Shown: positions 1 to 8,999, counted from the stretch's first letter. The stretch: DNA of 20,455 nt from Octopus sinensis (GCF_006345805.1 NW_021823968.1:1-20455); one strand, 5' to 3'. Program-made: numbers and translations. The notes: a model not told the origin generated them from the letters alone.

Positions 1-570
1 AGGCGGCGAAATGCTTAGCGGTATTTCGTCTGCCGTTATGTTCTGAGTTTAAATTCTGCCGAGGTCGACTTTGCCTTTCATTCTTTCGGGGTCGATAAAT
101 TAAGTACCAGTTACGCACTGGGTCGATGTAATCGACTCAATCTGTTTGTCTGTCCTTGTTCGTCCCCTCTGTGTTTAGCCCCTTGTGGGTAGTAAAGAAA
201 TAGGTATTTCGTCTGCCGCTACGTTCTGAGTTCAAATTCCGCCGAGGTCGACTTTGCCTTCCATCCTTTCGGGGTTGATAAATTAAGTACCAGATACGCA
301 CTGGAGTCGATGTAATCGACTCAATCCATTTCTCTGTCCTTGTTTTCCCCCTCTGTGTTTAGCCCCTTGTGGGTAGTAAAGAAATAGGTATTTCGTCTGC
401 CGCTACGTTCTGAGTTCAAATTCCGTCGAGGTCGTCTTTGCCTTTCATCCTTTCGGGGTCGATAAATTAAGTACCAGTTACGCACTGGGGTCGATGTAAT
501 TGACTTAACCCGTTTGTCTGTCCTTGTTCGTCCCCTATGTGTTTAGCCCCTTGTGGGTAGTAAAGAAATA
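1..570 (+). mobile_element. Tandem array of three units of tRNA-derived SINE family A (Meta/MESC-like central domain)
   Basis: Units start at 20, 203 and 387 (period 183-184 bp). Each has a B-box-like GAGTTCAAATTC, the block GGTCGACTTTGCCTTTCATCCTTTCGGGGTCGATAAATTAAGTACCAG and a tail ending TAAAGAAATA. Only a shortened head (AGGCGGCGAAATGCTTAGC) precedes unit 1. Similarity of the central block to the Meta-SINE domain is from memory. Confidence 0.85.
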
Positions 571-887
571 TATATTATTATCCTTTCTTAGCCCAATTCA
601 TCCTCTCATTTAGTTGGCCTATGATCAAAGACACTCCGATAATGGATATTTCCTGTTCTAAGGATGTAACTGCTACTATATCATTTGGATTTATAAGTGG
701 TTGATTTAGCTGCTTTTCTAGCATGTTGAGTAAACCAAATAGAGGTTTTACTTTTGACTTTTCAGTTAGTTTGTGGTAAATAGGCAACAGCTTTCAATCT
801 TAGTCATACATACACACCTGTATACTAGTACGTACTTATTTGTGCAACATATCTCATTTCTGGTGACATATTTGATTATTCATTTTT

Positions 888-1020
888 TCTTTTACTTGTT
901 TCAGTCATTTTAACTGCAGCCATGCTGGAGCAGCACCTTGAGGAGTTTTAATCGAACAAATCGACCCCTGTACTTATTTTTAAGCCTTGTACTTATTCTA
1001 TCGGTCTATTTTGTCGAACT
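888..1020 (-). mobile_element. 3' module of SINE family B, degenerate
   Basis: TTTTACTTGTTTCAGTCATT...GCCATGCTGGAGCA...AAATCGACCCC...TACTTATTCTATCGGTCT matches the other copies near 2075, 14120 and 15100 and the reverse complement at 20296. Confidence 0.75.
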
Positions 1021-1160
1021 ACTTCCACAATATTGAACATACTGGTGATAATAATATTAATTAATGACTTAGTAATTAAAATACACTATGTAAGAAGGAG
1101 CTCTGATAGCCTTATATTACTAGGTATATACTATAATTCAGGGAGCTCTAGAAGACCTGT

Positions 1161-1239
1161 ATTATTAAAATACTTAGGGATAGATTATTATTAAATATTA
1201 TTAGGGATAGATTATTATTAAAATACTTAGGGATAGATT
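1161..1239. repeat. Three tandem copies of a 26-27 bp unit
   Basis: ATTATTAAAATACTTAGGGATAGATT at 1161 and 1214, with a variant copy at 1187. Confidence 0.85.
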
Positions 1240-1311
1240 ATCTACGGCATAAAACTGGTTCACCTTTTCACTACAAAATACTTCAAACTCCTGACAATTA
1301 CTGACATATTG

Positions 1312-1395
1312 AATAAGTACTAGGCTTAAAAAAAATAAGTCCTGAGATCGATTTGCTCGACTAAAGGCGGTGCTCCAGTATGACCGCAGTCAAAT
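1312..1395 (+). mobile_element. 3' module of SINE family B, fragment
   Basis: GAATAAGTACTAGGCTT...AATAAGTCCTGAGATCGATTTGCTCGACTAAAGGCGGTGCTCCAGTATGACCGCAGTCAAATG, same family as 20296-20405. Confidence 0.8.
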
Positions 1396-1566
1396 GTGTC
1401 AGTAATATTACTTTTACATTTGGCAGGAGATGGCTTCAGAAAGACACTTCTGATCACATCCATAAAGGGGTCATTTGACTAATTGGCATACATTCTTGGC
1501 CCAGCATTAACTGCAAGGCTCAGTCTTTCCTCCTTAGAAAGTTTTAATACGTTAAGGACATCAGTC

Positions 1567-1604
<38 letters not shown>

Positions 1605-1633
1605 GCATAGGTGTGTATATATATATATATATA

Positions 1634-2015
1634 CTAGTATCACCCGGTGTTGCTTGGGTTTGTTTCGACCCTTTAGAATTGGAATTTTTAAAAAGTAAAA
1701 ATTTTGCATTATGCAACTTGTTATTCTCTTCAAGTGAACATTTTTCCAGTTGAAATACACCGAAAAATGGTGACACACCAGTCAAAAATCGTAAAAAATA
1801 GGGATTTTCATAGAAAAAAAGCACCTTTTTGATGAAAATAATTTTTGGTGTTAACATGGTCCGATTTGAATTTTATCTTCTACAGAATGAAGAGCAAGCC
1901 TTCTTCTATCATACTTTCAATTTTGGTCAACTTGCGCTGCAGGGTCTCGAAGGAGATAGTGTTAGTTGAAGGCTACCAAACCTGCAAACACAGACAACTT
2001 CAGCTTTATATATAT
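1634..2015 (-). mobile_element. Non-autonomous Helitron-like element, copy 1
   Basis: Highly similar to 3028-3416. On the minus strand it ends in a degraded CCCAAGCAACACCGGG hairpin followed by CTAG|T. The 5' end merges into (TA)n. Confidence 0.7.
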
Positions 2016-2017
2016 AT

Positions 2018-2055
<38 letters not shown>

Positions 2056-2074
2056 ATGATATTCTTTGATTATT

Positions 2075-2297
2075 TTATTCGTTTATTTGTTTCAGTCATT
2101 TGATGCGGCAATACTGGAAAACGGCTTTAGTCGAACAAATCAACCCAGGACTTATTCTTTGTAAGTCTAGTATTTATTCTATCGGTCTCTTTTTTTTGCC
2201 GAACCACTAAGTCACAGGGACGTAAACACACCAACATCAGTTGTCACACGATGGTGGAGGGACAAACACAGACACACAACATACACACACACACACA

Positions 2298-2360
<63 letters not shown>

Positions 2361-2550
2361 CTTTTTGACCCTATATATATATATACATACGACGAACTTC
2401 TTTCAGTTTCCCTCACGCAAATCCACACACAAGGCTTTGGTCGTCCCGAGGCTATAGTAGAAAACACTTGTCCAAGGTGCCACACAGTTGGACTGAACCC
2501 GGAACCATGTGGTTGGTAAGCAAGCTACTTACCACACAGCCACTCCTGCG
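2075..2550 (-). mobile_element. Near full-length SINE family B (tRNA-like head, body, internal CA/TA microsatellite, 3' module)
   Basis: The minus strand head reads CGCAGGAGTGGCTGTGTGGTAAG (A-box-like) ... GGGTTCAGTCCAAC (B-box-like). It is colinear with the copy at 15095-15503. Confidence 0.85.
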
Positions 2551-2683
2551 ACGAAGAGCAAGCGTGCCGACGTCGGGAATCGAACCCACACACACAGACA
2601 CACACACATATATACATATTAATAACTGATATAAGTCAATTGTTGATCAATTTTTCTTGTTTTCTGTTTTCTTTATATATATA

Positions 2684-2729
<46 letters not shown>

Positions 2730-2907
2730 ATATATATATATATATATATACATGTATACGTAACCACACACACACACACACATATATCGGAATGATATTG
2801 TATTTATCCATCTTATCCATCTTTGATTTTCGAATACTGGCCACGTTGAATTATTTTAACTCAATTCATTGTAAGTACACGCATGTGCATGATCTCCCAC
2901 GCACACA

Positions 2908-2966
<59 letters not shown>

Positions 2967-3027
2967 ACACTCACACGCACACACAGTTACACACTTATAC
3001 ATATATTCACTTACACTTATACTAATA

Positions 3028-3416
3028 CTAGCAGTATCACCCGGCGTTGCTCGGGCTTGTTTCGACCCTTTAGAATTGGAATTTTTGAAAATTAAAAATT
3101 TTGCATTATGTAGCTTGTTATTCTCTTTAAGTGAACATTTTCCCAGTTGAAATACACCGAAAAATGGTGACACAGCAGTCAAAAAATCGCAAAAAAGTAG
3201 TGATTTTCATAGAAAAAAAAAGCACCTTTTTGATGAAAATAATTTTTGGTGTTAATATGGTCCAATTTGAATTTTTTCTTCTACGAAAGGAAGAGCAAGC
3301 CTTCTTCTATCATACTTTCAATTTTGGTCAACTTTCTCCGCAGGGTCTCGGAGGAGATAGTGTTAGTTGAAGGCTACCAAACCTGCCATACACAGACAAC
3401 TTCAGCTTTATATAGA
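3028..3416 (-). mobile_element. Non-autonomous Helitron-like element, copy 2
   Basis: The minus strand starts TCTATATAAAGCTGAAG (3416) and ends CCCGAGCAACGCCGGG-TGATACTG-CTAG|T (3028). A 5'-TC, a 3' GC-rich hairpin plus CTRR, and no TIR/TSD are canonical Helitron hallmarks. Confidence 0.75.
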
Positions 3417-3419
3417 AAT

Positions 3420-4290
3420 AAAACAGACTGAAGTGAAATTTATGAAGAAAAATATAAAAAAAAACAAACAACAGATATGAAAAAATACTGAAAAGAAAAA
3501 AGACAACTAAGGCAAGTATGAGGCAAGAAAATCCCTTTCACAGCATGAAACATCTCAGACATGGCTGAGCAAGACCAAAGGTTTCTTTTGTAGTATCTAC
3601 CAAAATTTTATAATTAATTACATCAAATAACTGTGGAGACTGCTAAGAAAGAATTAACAGCATTGTTTTTGGCTGTCCAGTTTTATTCCGGAAAGAATAC
3701 ATCTACTGGCATACCGGAATTGAAGCTTTCATGCACTGGAAGTTACGGGAGCATTATTTGTAATCGAAAAGAACAAATGGAATAAAATTGACACCAAAAA
3801 AGATGACATGACAGTGTCAACATCCTCTGGAGATATCTCAAATAGCATAGACACGAAGATTATGCTAATATACCAGATATCGTTATCAAGGCTAATAAGA
3901 AAGACAGTAGCTCCAGGTCGGAATGTTTGTGCTGATGTGTGTATTATGTTCCTCTAAAAGGAATACAGAATTATCAAAATGCTAAGATCCTGAAGGAGGA
4001 AACTGAAAGTAAACAATCTATAATAAACGGGTGTATTGGGAAGAATTCAAAATAATTTAGATAATCACAACCCAAACACCAGGGTATATACATATGCAAC
4101 ATACAGAAAATAGCACTACTGCACACATTATTTTGAGTACTTTCAATACAGCAACACTATCACTGATAGTACTCACTTGAGTACTGTCAATACATGAGTA
4201 AACACATTAAAATACTGCACATATCCAAGGCTGTACTCGGTTGTGTAGTGGAAGTATACAATAAAAATAAGAGTAAATGAAAATAAGAGT
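3420..4290 (+). mobile_element. Degenerate 3' part of an RLE-type non-LTR retrotransposon (R4/Dong-like): zinc-knuckle region, restriction-like endonuclease and 3' end
   Basis: Manual translation gives IVFGCPVLFRKEYIYWH (3662-3712, CCHC region), ANIPDIVIK (3864-3890, PD..D/E endonuclease motif) and NIQKIALL (4098-4121, C-terminus). It is interrupted by stops and frameshifts and followed by (AAT)n. Confidence 0.8.
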
Positions 4291-4292
4291 AA

Positions 4293-4294
<2 letters not shown>

Positions 4295-4353
<59 letters not shown>

Positions 4354-4437
4354 TGATGATGATGATGATAACAATAATAATAACAATAATAATAATAATA
4401 ATATTAATAATAATGATGATAATGATGATGATAATGA

Positions 4438-4517
<80 letters not shown>

Positions 4518-4530
4518 TAATAATAATGAT
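4295..4530. repeat. (AAT)n/(GAT)n microsatellite
   Basis: About 235 bp of AAT with GAT/AAC variants. It accounts for the poly-N/D/I ORF 4277-4597. Confidence 0.95.
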
Positions 4531-5136
4531 AAATGCCCTGATGCTGTATCAGGCAGTGACTTTCATGGCTCTTGGTATAAAAGATGAGCTACAGTAAATA
4601 TTCTACTCAATACCACAGATTTGCTTGTCAGTTGTTTGACCGTTAACCTGATGAGCACGTCCCTTAGTGGCTGACGATATATGCACGAACAGAAGCAGTG
4701 CCTCAATACCACAGATTTGATTGTCAGTTGTTTGGACCTTAACCAGTTGAGCATGTCCCTTAGTGGCTGACGATATGGCATCGATGATCACGAGCAGAAG
4801 TAGTGGAGGGGGAGCATCATAGCCATGTGTTGAGAGGGATTCTTTGGGTTTGAATAGTTCACCTAGGAAACATGGGTGGTTCTTTCAACATCCTTAAAAC
4901 ACCCTTATTCAGGGACCGTTTGAGCGGGATGGTTACTCAAACCTGAAGAAAATTTAAACTGGGCCCCACCTGCAAGGTCATGTGATGTTATCTTGATATG
5001 AGATCACCATTGTCGCGCACATATGGTTGTGATGCATGTGCCTGGTGTACCTTTATCAGACGGGTAGTCATGATGGGTAATTGGGCTTCGTATATTTTAC
5101 CCCAGTGTCACTTTGATGGCATGACTGCCTTCACTC
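4531..5136 (+). mobile_element. About 600-bp non-coding interspersed element embedded in (AAT)n (probable LINE 3'UTR or non-autonomous derivative)
   Basis: Bounded by (AAT)n on both sides (4295-4530 and 5137-5163), with no coding signal. It contains an internal 96-bp tandem duplication. Confidence 0.55.
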
Positions 5137-5212
5137 AATAATAATAATAATAATAATAATAATGGTGTCTGATTTAAATACAGTGCCAGCAATTTTAAGA
5201 GCAAGGAGTCAG

Positions 5213-5350
5213 TACCATCGACCCGAGTACTTGACTGGTACTTTATCTAGCAAAGGGATGAAGTTGGCCTCGGGGGAAATAGAACTCAGAACGCAAATAA
5301 TAAAGACAAATGCCACAAGGCGTTTTGTCCAACGCTTTAACGATTTTGCC
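5213..5350 (-). mobile_element. Degenerate SINE family A copy at the start of the intron
   Basis: CATCGACCC...ACTGGTACTT...GGATGAAG...GGCCTCGG...GAACTCAGAACG...TTTTGCCA is a diverged reverse complement of the family A unit. Confidence 0.65.
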
Positions 5351-5363
5351 AATAATGTCTTAC

Positions 5364-6197
5364 CTTTGGAAAATGAGTTATGTCTGTCAACAAAATGATA
5401 TTCTATTGCAGCTCTGCTTGGATATGGTGGTGAATAAATATGTCCTAGGGGATGGTTATGTCCTGGATGGTAGCTATGTAAACTGGTCGGACTGTGTAGG
5501 TAGGTAGTGCTGGCTGCCATCAATCCGTGGCTGTCGTAAATGGCAAGAGGTTTACAAATTGTCGCCGTACTGGCCGTTTGCAAAAGTGCCGGGTTCAAAG
5601 GCGTGGGTCTCTGAGGTTGGTGTTGTTGCTGATGCTCAAAATGATGGTTATATTGATTATTCTGTTGTTGCTGTTGTTGTTGTTGTGTTGTTGTTGGTGT
5701 TGGTGGTGGTGGTGGTAGTGGTGATATTGCTGTGCTTGTTGTTCATGCTGTTGTTCTTGTTGCTGTTCTGGTTGTTCTTGTTGCTCTTGTTGTAATAGAT
5801 GGTATTGGTGGTGGTTATGTTGGTGGTTATGCTGATGATTGTTGCTGTTACTGTTGTTGTTGTTGTTGCTTGTCCTGCCGCTGTTATTGCTATTACTATT
5901 GTTGTTATGGTACGCTTGATGGAAAAGTAGGTGATGATGATGATGGTGAAGGAGCAGGTGGTTGTGATTGGTGATGTTGCTGTTGTTATTGTTGTTTTGT
6001 GACAGCTGATACGGGTAAAATAAGGATGGTGGCAGCAGTGTTCTTAGCGGAGGCGACTGCGGACTGGGGCATCCACCGCCCACATCGCTACTCATGTTAC
6101 TCGAACTACCGACCGTACTACGTCCTGCACTGCAGCCAATGGGGGTGTTAGAATGGTCCAGTGAGGATAGCGTTGCAGCAGTAAATGGTGATGGTGT

Positions 6198-6228
<31 letters not shown>

Positions 6229-6838
6229 AATGATGATGACGATGATGACGACGATGTTGATGATGATGATGTAGTCAAAAGAACAGCTGTGGTGGTTGTG
6301 GTGGTGGTATTGGTGGTTGTTGTGTTGTTACCTAGGATATCATCGATTAAGAAAGAGGTATGACCGCCACTAATTCCACGCGCACCACCTCTGCTACCAC
6401 TTTCATTTCCATTATTATTATTATTATTATTGTTATTATTATTATTATTATTGTTGTTATTATTATTATTGTTATTATTAATATTATTATTATTATTAAC
6501 TGTTGTTATGCTAGTAGGGTTGTTGTTGTTCATGTCGCTGTTGATGTTGCTGCTGCTGCTGTTGTTGTTGTTGTTGTTTTGTTGTTATGGTTGTTGTTTT
6601 TGCTGCTGTTGTGGTGGTTGTGGTTATTGTTGATGATGATAAGTCCACCGTCGGACCCGAACGCACCGAGACCTCTTCTCAATCCGAGGCCTGCTGACCT
6701 CAGCGACGACGCTAGTGACGGTGATGTCGGATGAGTGAAACGAGCTTGTAGGTGGGCGTGGCTTCGTGTGTGCAAGTCGGAAGTCCAGTGGTCGAAGCCG
6801 ACGGGGCAATGTGCAGCGGGTGTTGCAGGGTGCAGCAT
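5364..6838 (-). CDS. Hex: First coding exon of an eh1-containing NKL/ANTP-class homeobox transcription factor, most likely Hex/Hhex; two apparent 1-nt deletions (~6577-6580 and ~5686); homeobox exons not in window
   Basis: ATG at 6838 gives MLHPATPAAHCPVGFDHW. The eh1/TN motif TSFLIDDILG lies at 6330-6359 (human HHEX has TPFYIEDILG). The distal frame reads RPTPLNPALL...KPLAIYD...YSPPYPSRAAIEYHFVDRHNSFSK, resembling the HHEX segment ending YPFPRTVNDYTHALLRHDPL. It ends at a phase-1 donor AAAG|GTAAG (5364/5363), as HHEX exon 1 does. Adding one base at each site gives 1477 nt = 492 codons + 1. The TF exon is well supported; the Hex name is less certain without the homeodomain. Confidence 0.7.
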
Positions 6839-6841
6839 CAC

Positions 6842-6872
6842 TAGAGAGAGGAAGAGAGTGAAAGCTAGAGAG

Positions 6873-6907
<35 letters not shown>

Positions 6908-6992
6908 GAAGGAGAGAGCGAGCGAGCGAGCGAGCAGAGAGAGAGAGAGAGAGAGAGGGGGCAATGGAGTATTAGTAGGATTATATACCAAT
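6842..6992 (-). promoter_or_regulatory. Candidate core promoter and pyrimidine-rich 5'UTR of the homeobox gene
   Basis: TATATAA on the minus strand (6987-6981) is followed by a (CT)n tract (6960-6842). There is no ATG between them and the ATG at 6838. Motif-only evidence. Confidence 0.3.
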
Positions 6993-7239
6993 TATATTCT
7001 CTGTGACGTACATTGAAACAAAATTATTCGCAATTTGGAACCAGTGGCCCCAAAGGCTACAAGCACTTAATAATATGAGGGCATACATGTATACGTGTAT
7101 CTGTGTGTGTGTATGTGTGTGTGTGTGCGTGCGTGCGCGCGTGCGAGTGTGTACGTGTGTCTATAAGCAGCATTCAGATGCGTGCCACTGGCAACTCTGG
7201 TGTTTTCCTTGGCACATTTTTGTTTATATATATGTGTGT

Positions 7240-7286
<47 letters not shown>

Positions 7287-7397
7287 TGTATATGTGTGTG
7301 TGTGTATGTATGTATATGTAGATAACATATAGTTGAAAATGCGGAAAAGAAATTATGATTTTGTCATTTATGTAATTAATAAATAGTAATAACTGAT

Positions 7398-7423
7398 TAT
7401 GATGATGATGATGATGATGATGA

Positions 7424-7468
<45 letters not shown>
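7398..7468. repeat. (GAT)n microsatellite
   Basis: Direct observation. Confidence 0.95.
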
Positions 7469-7469
<1 letters not shown>

Positions 7470-7629
7470 GCCGCGGCACAACGAAAGGATACGGATGAAT
7501 TGAACTCCGAGTACCTACACGGAGAAAAACAAGACAAAATGTGCGTGTGGGGGGCGGGTGTATGTGTGTATGTTTGATAGTTATTTGTAATCTAGGCACA
7601 AGGCCTTGAAAATTTTGGGAGAAGGGTGA

Positions 7630-7731
7630 TAGTCGACCCCCAGCGCGTAACTGGTACTTATTTCATCGACCTCGAAAGGACGAAAGGCAAAGTAGACCTT
7701 GGTGGAAATTGAACTCAGAACGTAGCAGCAG
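7630..7731 (-). mobile_element. Degenerate SINE family A fragment
   Basis: GTCGACCCCCAGCGCGTAACTGGTACTTATTTCATCGACCTCGAAAGGACGAAAGGCAAAGTAGACCTTGGTGGAAATTGAACTCAGAACGTAG. Confidence 0.8.
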
Positions 7732-8332
7732 TGTGTATGTATGAATAATAATACTATATCTCACTATATACTCTATCCACGGTGGGTGGTGGTAGTTTGA
7801 TCTCCAGACAGCCACACTCGTTGCTGTTTAACCACAGGTAATCCTCATCCAGTAGATCTACGATCCAAATCGTTCAAGTATAGTCATCATTCCATCTTTT
7901 TTAAATTCGTGCACAATGTACCTAGGACTACATTATCCAATATGTTCTTCGTTTTTTCAAGTAGATTTGTCCACTATTCCCAACAGATTGGACGACCATC
8001 TAGAGGCTCTCTTATAGGTTGTTTGTTGTCAGTGAAGAAGGTGGGAGCGACGCCCAGCACAGTAAAAACAGGAACGCCTGATCCGAAAGTCAGCACTAAA
8101 CAGATTGGTTGCGTTGGCTTGTCATATTATAAATGAGCATTGTAGCACAATAGTAGTAGTAGTAGTAGTGTGAACTCTTTCTCTTTCTCTCTCTTTCTCT
8201 CTCTCTCCCTTTCTCTCTCTCTTCCCCTCTCTCTCCCTCTTTCTTGTCGCTTTCTCTATGTCAGCCTTTCTTTTCCCACCCTTTCATTATTAAAAGATAG
8301 TTATACAATCACACACATATACATACTCTTAA

Positions 8333-8375
<43 letters not shown>

Positions 8376-8555
8376 TACACAAACACAAACACACATATAT
8401 ACATACACACATACACACCACTACTTTAAAATCTTTCCTCTGATTGGTTGATTATTTTTGGCGGGGATTAATGTATATTTCTGTGTTCATGTATGCATGT
8501 GTCAGTGTGTGTGTGTGTATGTGTGAGTGCGTGAACTGGTTTATGTGTGGGTATG

Positions 8556-8611
<56 letters not shown>

Positions 8612-8679
8612 TGTGTGTGTGTGTGCGTGTGTGCGTGTGTATGTGTGTGTATCCCTTTATCATTCTTTTGCTTCAACCA

Positions 8680-8800
8680 TTAGTCTGCTGTCATGCTCAG
8701 GCACCGCCTTGAAGAATTTTAACCGAATAAATAGGTCTTAATTTTTTTGCCGAACCGCTTGTATACGGGCATATAAACGCACCAGCTCCGGTTACCTCAC
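8680..8800 (-). mobile_element. Very degenerate SINE family B 3' module
   Basis: CATGCTCAGGCACCGCCTTGAAG...TTTTTGCCGAACCGCT...TAAACGCACCAGC. Confidence 0.5.
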
Positions 8801-8963
8801 GCATATACACACACACACACCACACACGCACATACACACACACATACACACACACATATATAAACAAATCCCCAAATTGGAACAAGAACGCAACAGACAA
8901 CATTAAAACATCCGGACAGATAGACGATACAAAGACGGACAGGAAAAAGCAAGGACAGGTCAT

Positions 8964-8999
<36 letters not shown>

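Noticed and set aside
1-570. CRISPR-like or functional ncRNA array
   Set aside because: Units are ~183 bp contiguous repeats with no unique spacers, there are no cas genes, the context is eukaryotic, and the same unit occurs as dispersed monomers.
1161-1239. Interstitial telomeric repeat (TTAGGG x3)
   Set aside because: The hexamers are isolated within a longer unit, not tandem TTAGGG.
1400-1575. Possible downstream exon or transposase fragment (RVTDVLNVLKLSKEERLSLAVNAGPRMYAN)
   Set aside because: No homeodomain or other motif recognised, and no convincing splice signals.
2551-2590. tRNA gene (reverse GGGTTCGATTCCCGACG)
   Set aside because: Only a T-arm-like fragment, with no acceptor, D or anticodon arms. 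SINE heads elsewhere are likewise not tRNA genes.
2237-3182. ORFs rich in HT/CV/YI dipeptides (also 7003-7599, 8170-8963, 10234-10553, 12549-12959, 15637-16051)
   Set aside because: These are translations of CA/TA/CATA microsatellites and SINE sequence.
4277-4597. Poly-N/D/I protein
   Set aside because: It is the reading of an (AAT)n microsatellite, and the long poly-Ile run is implausible.
4671-4695. Hammerhead core CTGACGA in the 96-bp repeat
   Set aside because: No stem II and no GAAA at the proper distance.
6575-6605. Programmed -1 ribosomal frameshifting to explain the frame changes
   Set aside because: No canonical X XXY YYZ heptamer in frame and no evident stimulatory structure. Two 1-nt consensus errors are simpler, and A-to-I editing cannot repair indels.
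5527-6734. Plus-strand ORFs overlapping the homeobox exon (poly-L/V/D/I/C)
   Set aside because: They are antisense shadows of trinucleotide-repeat codons.
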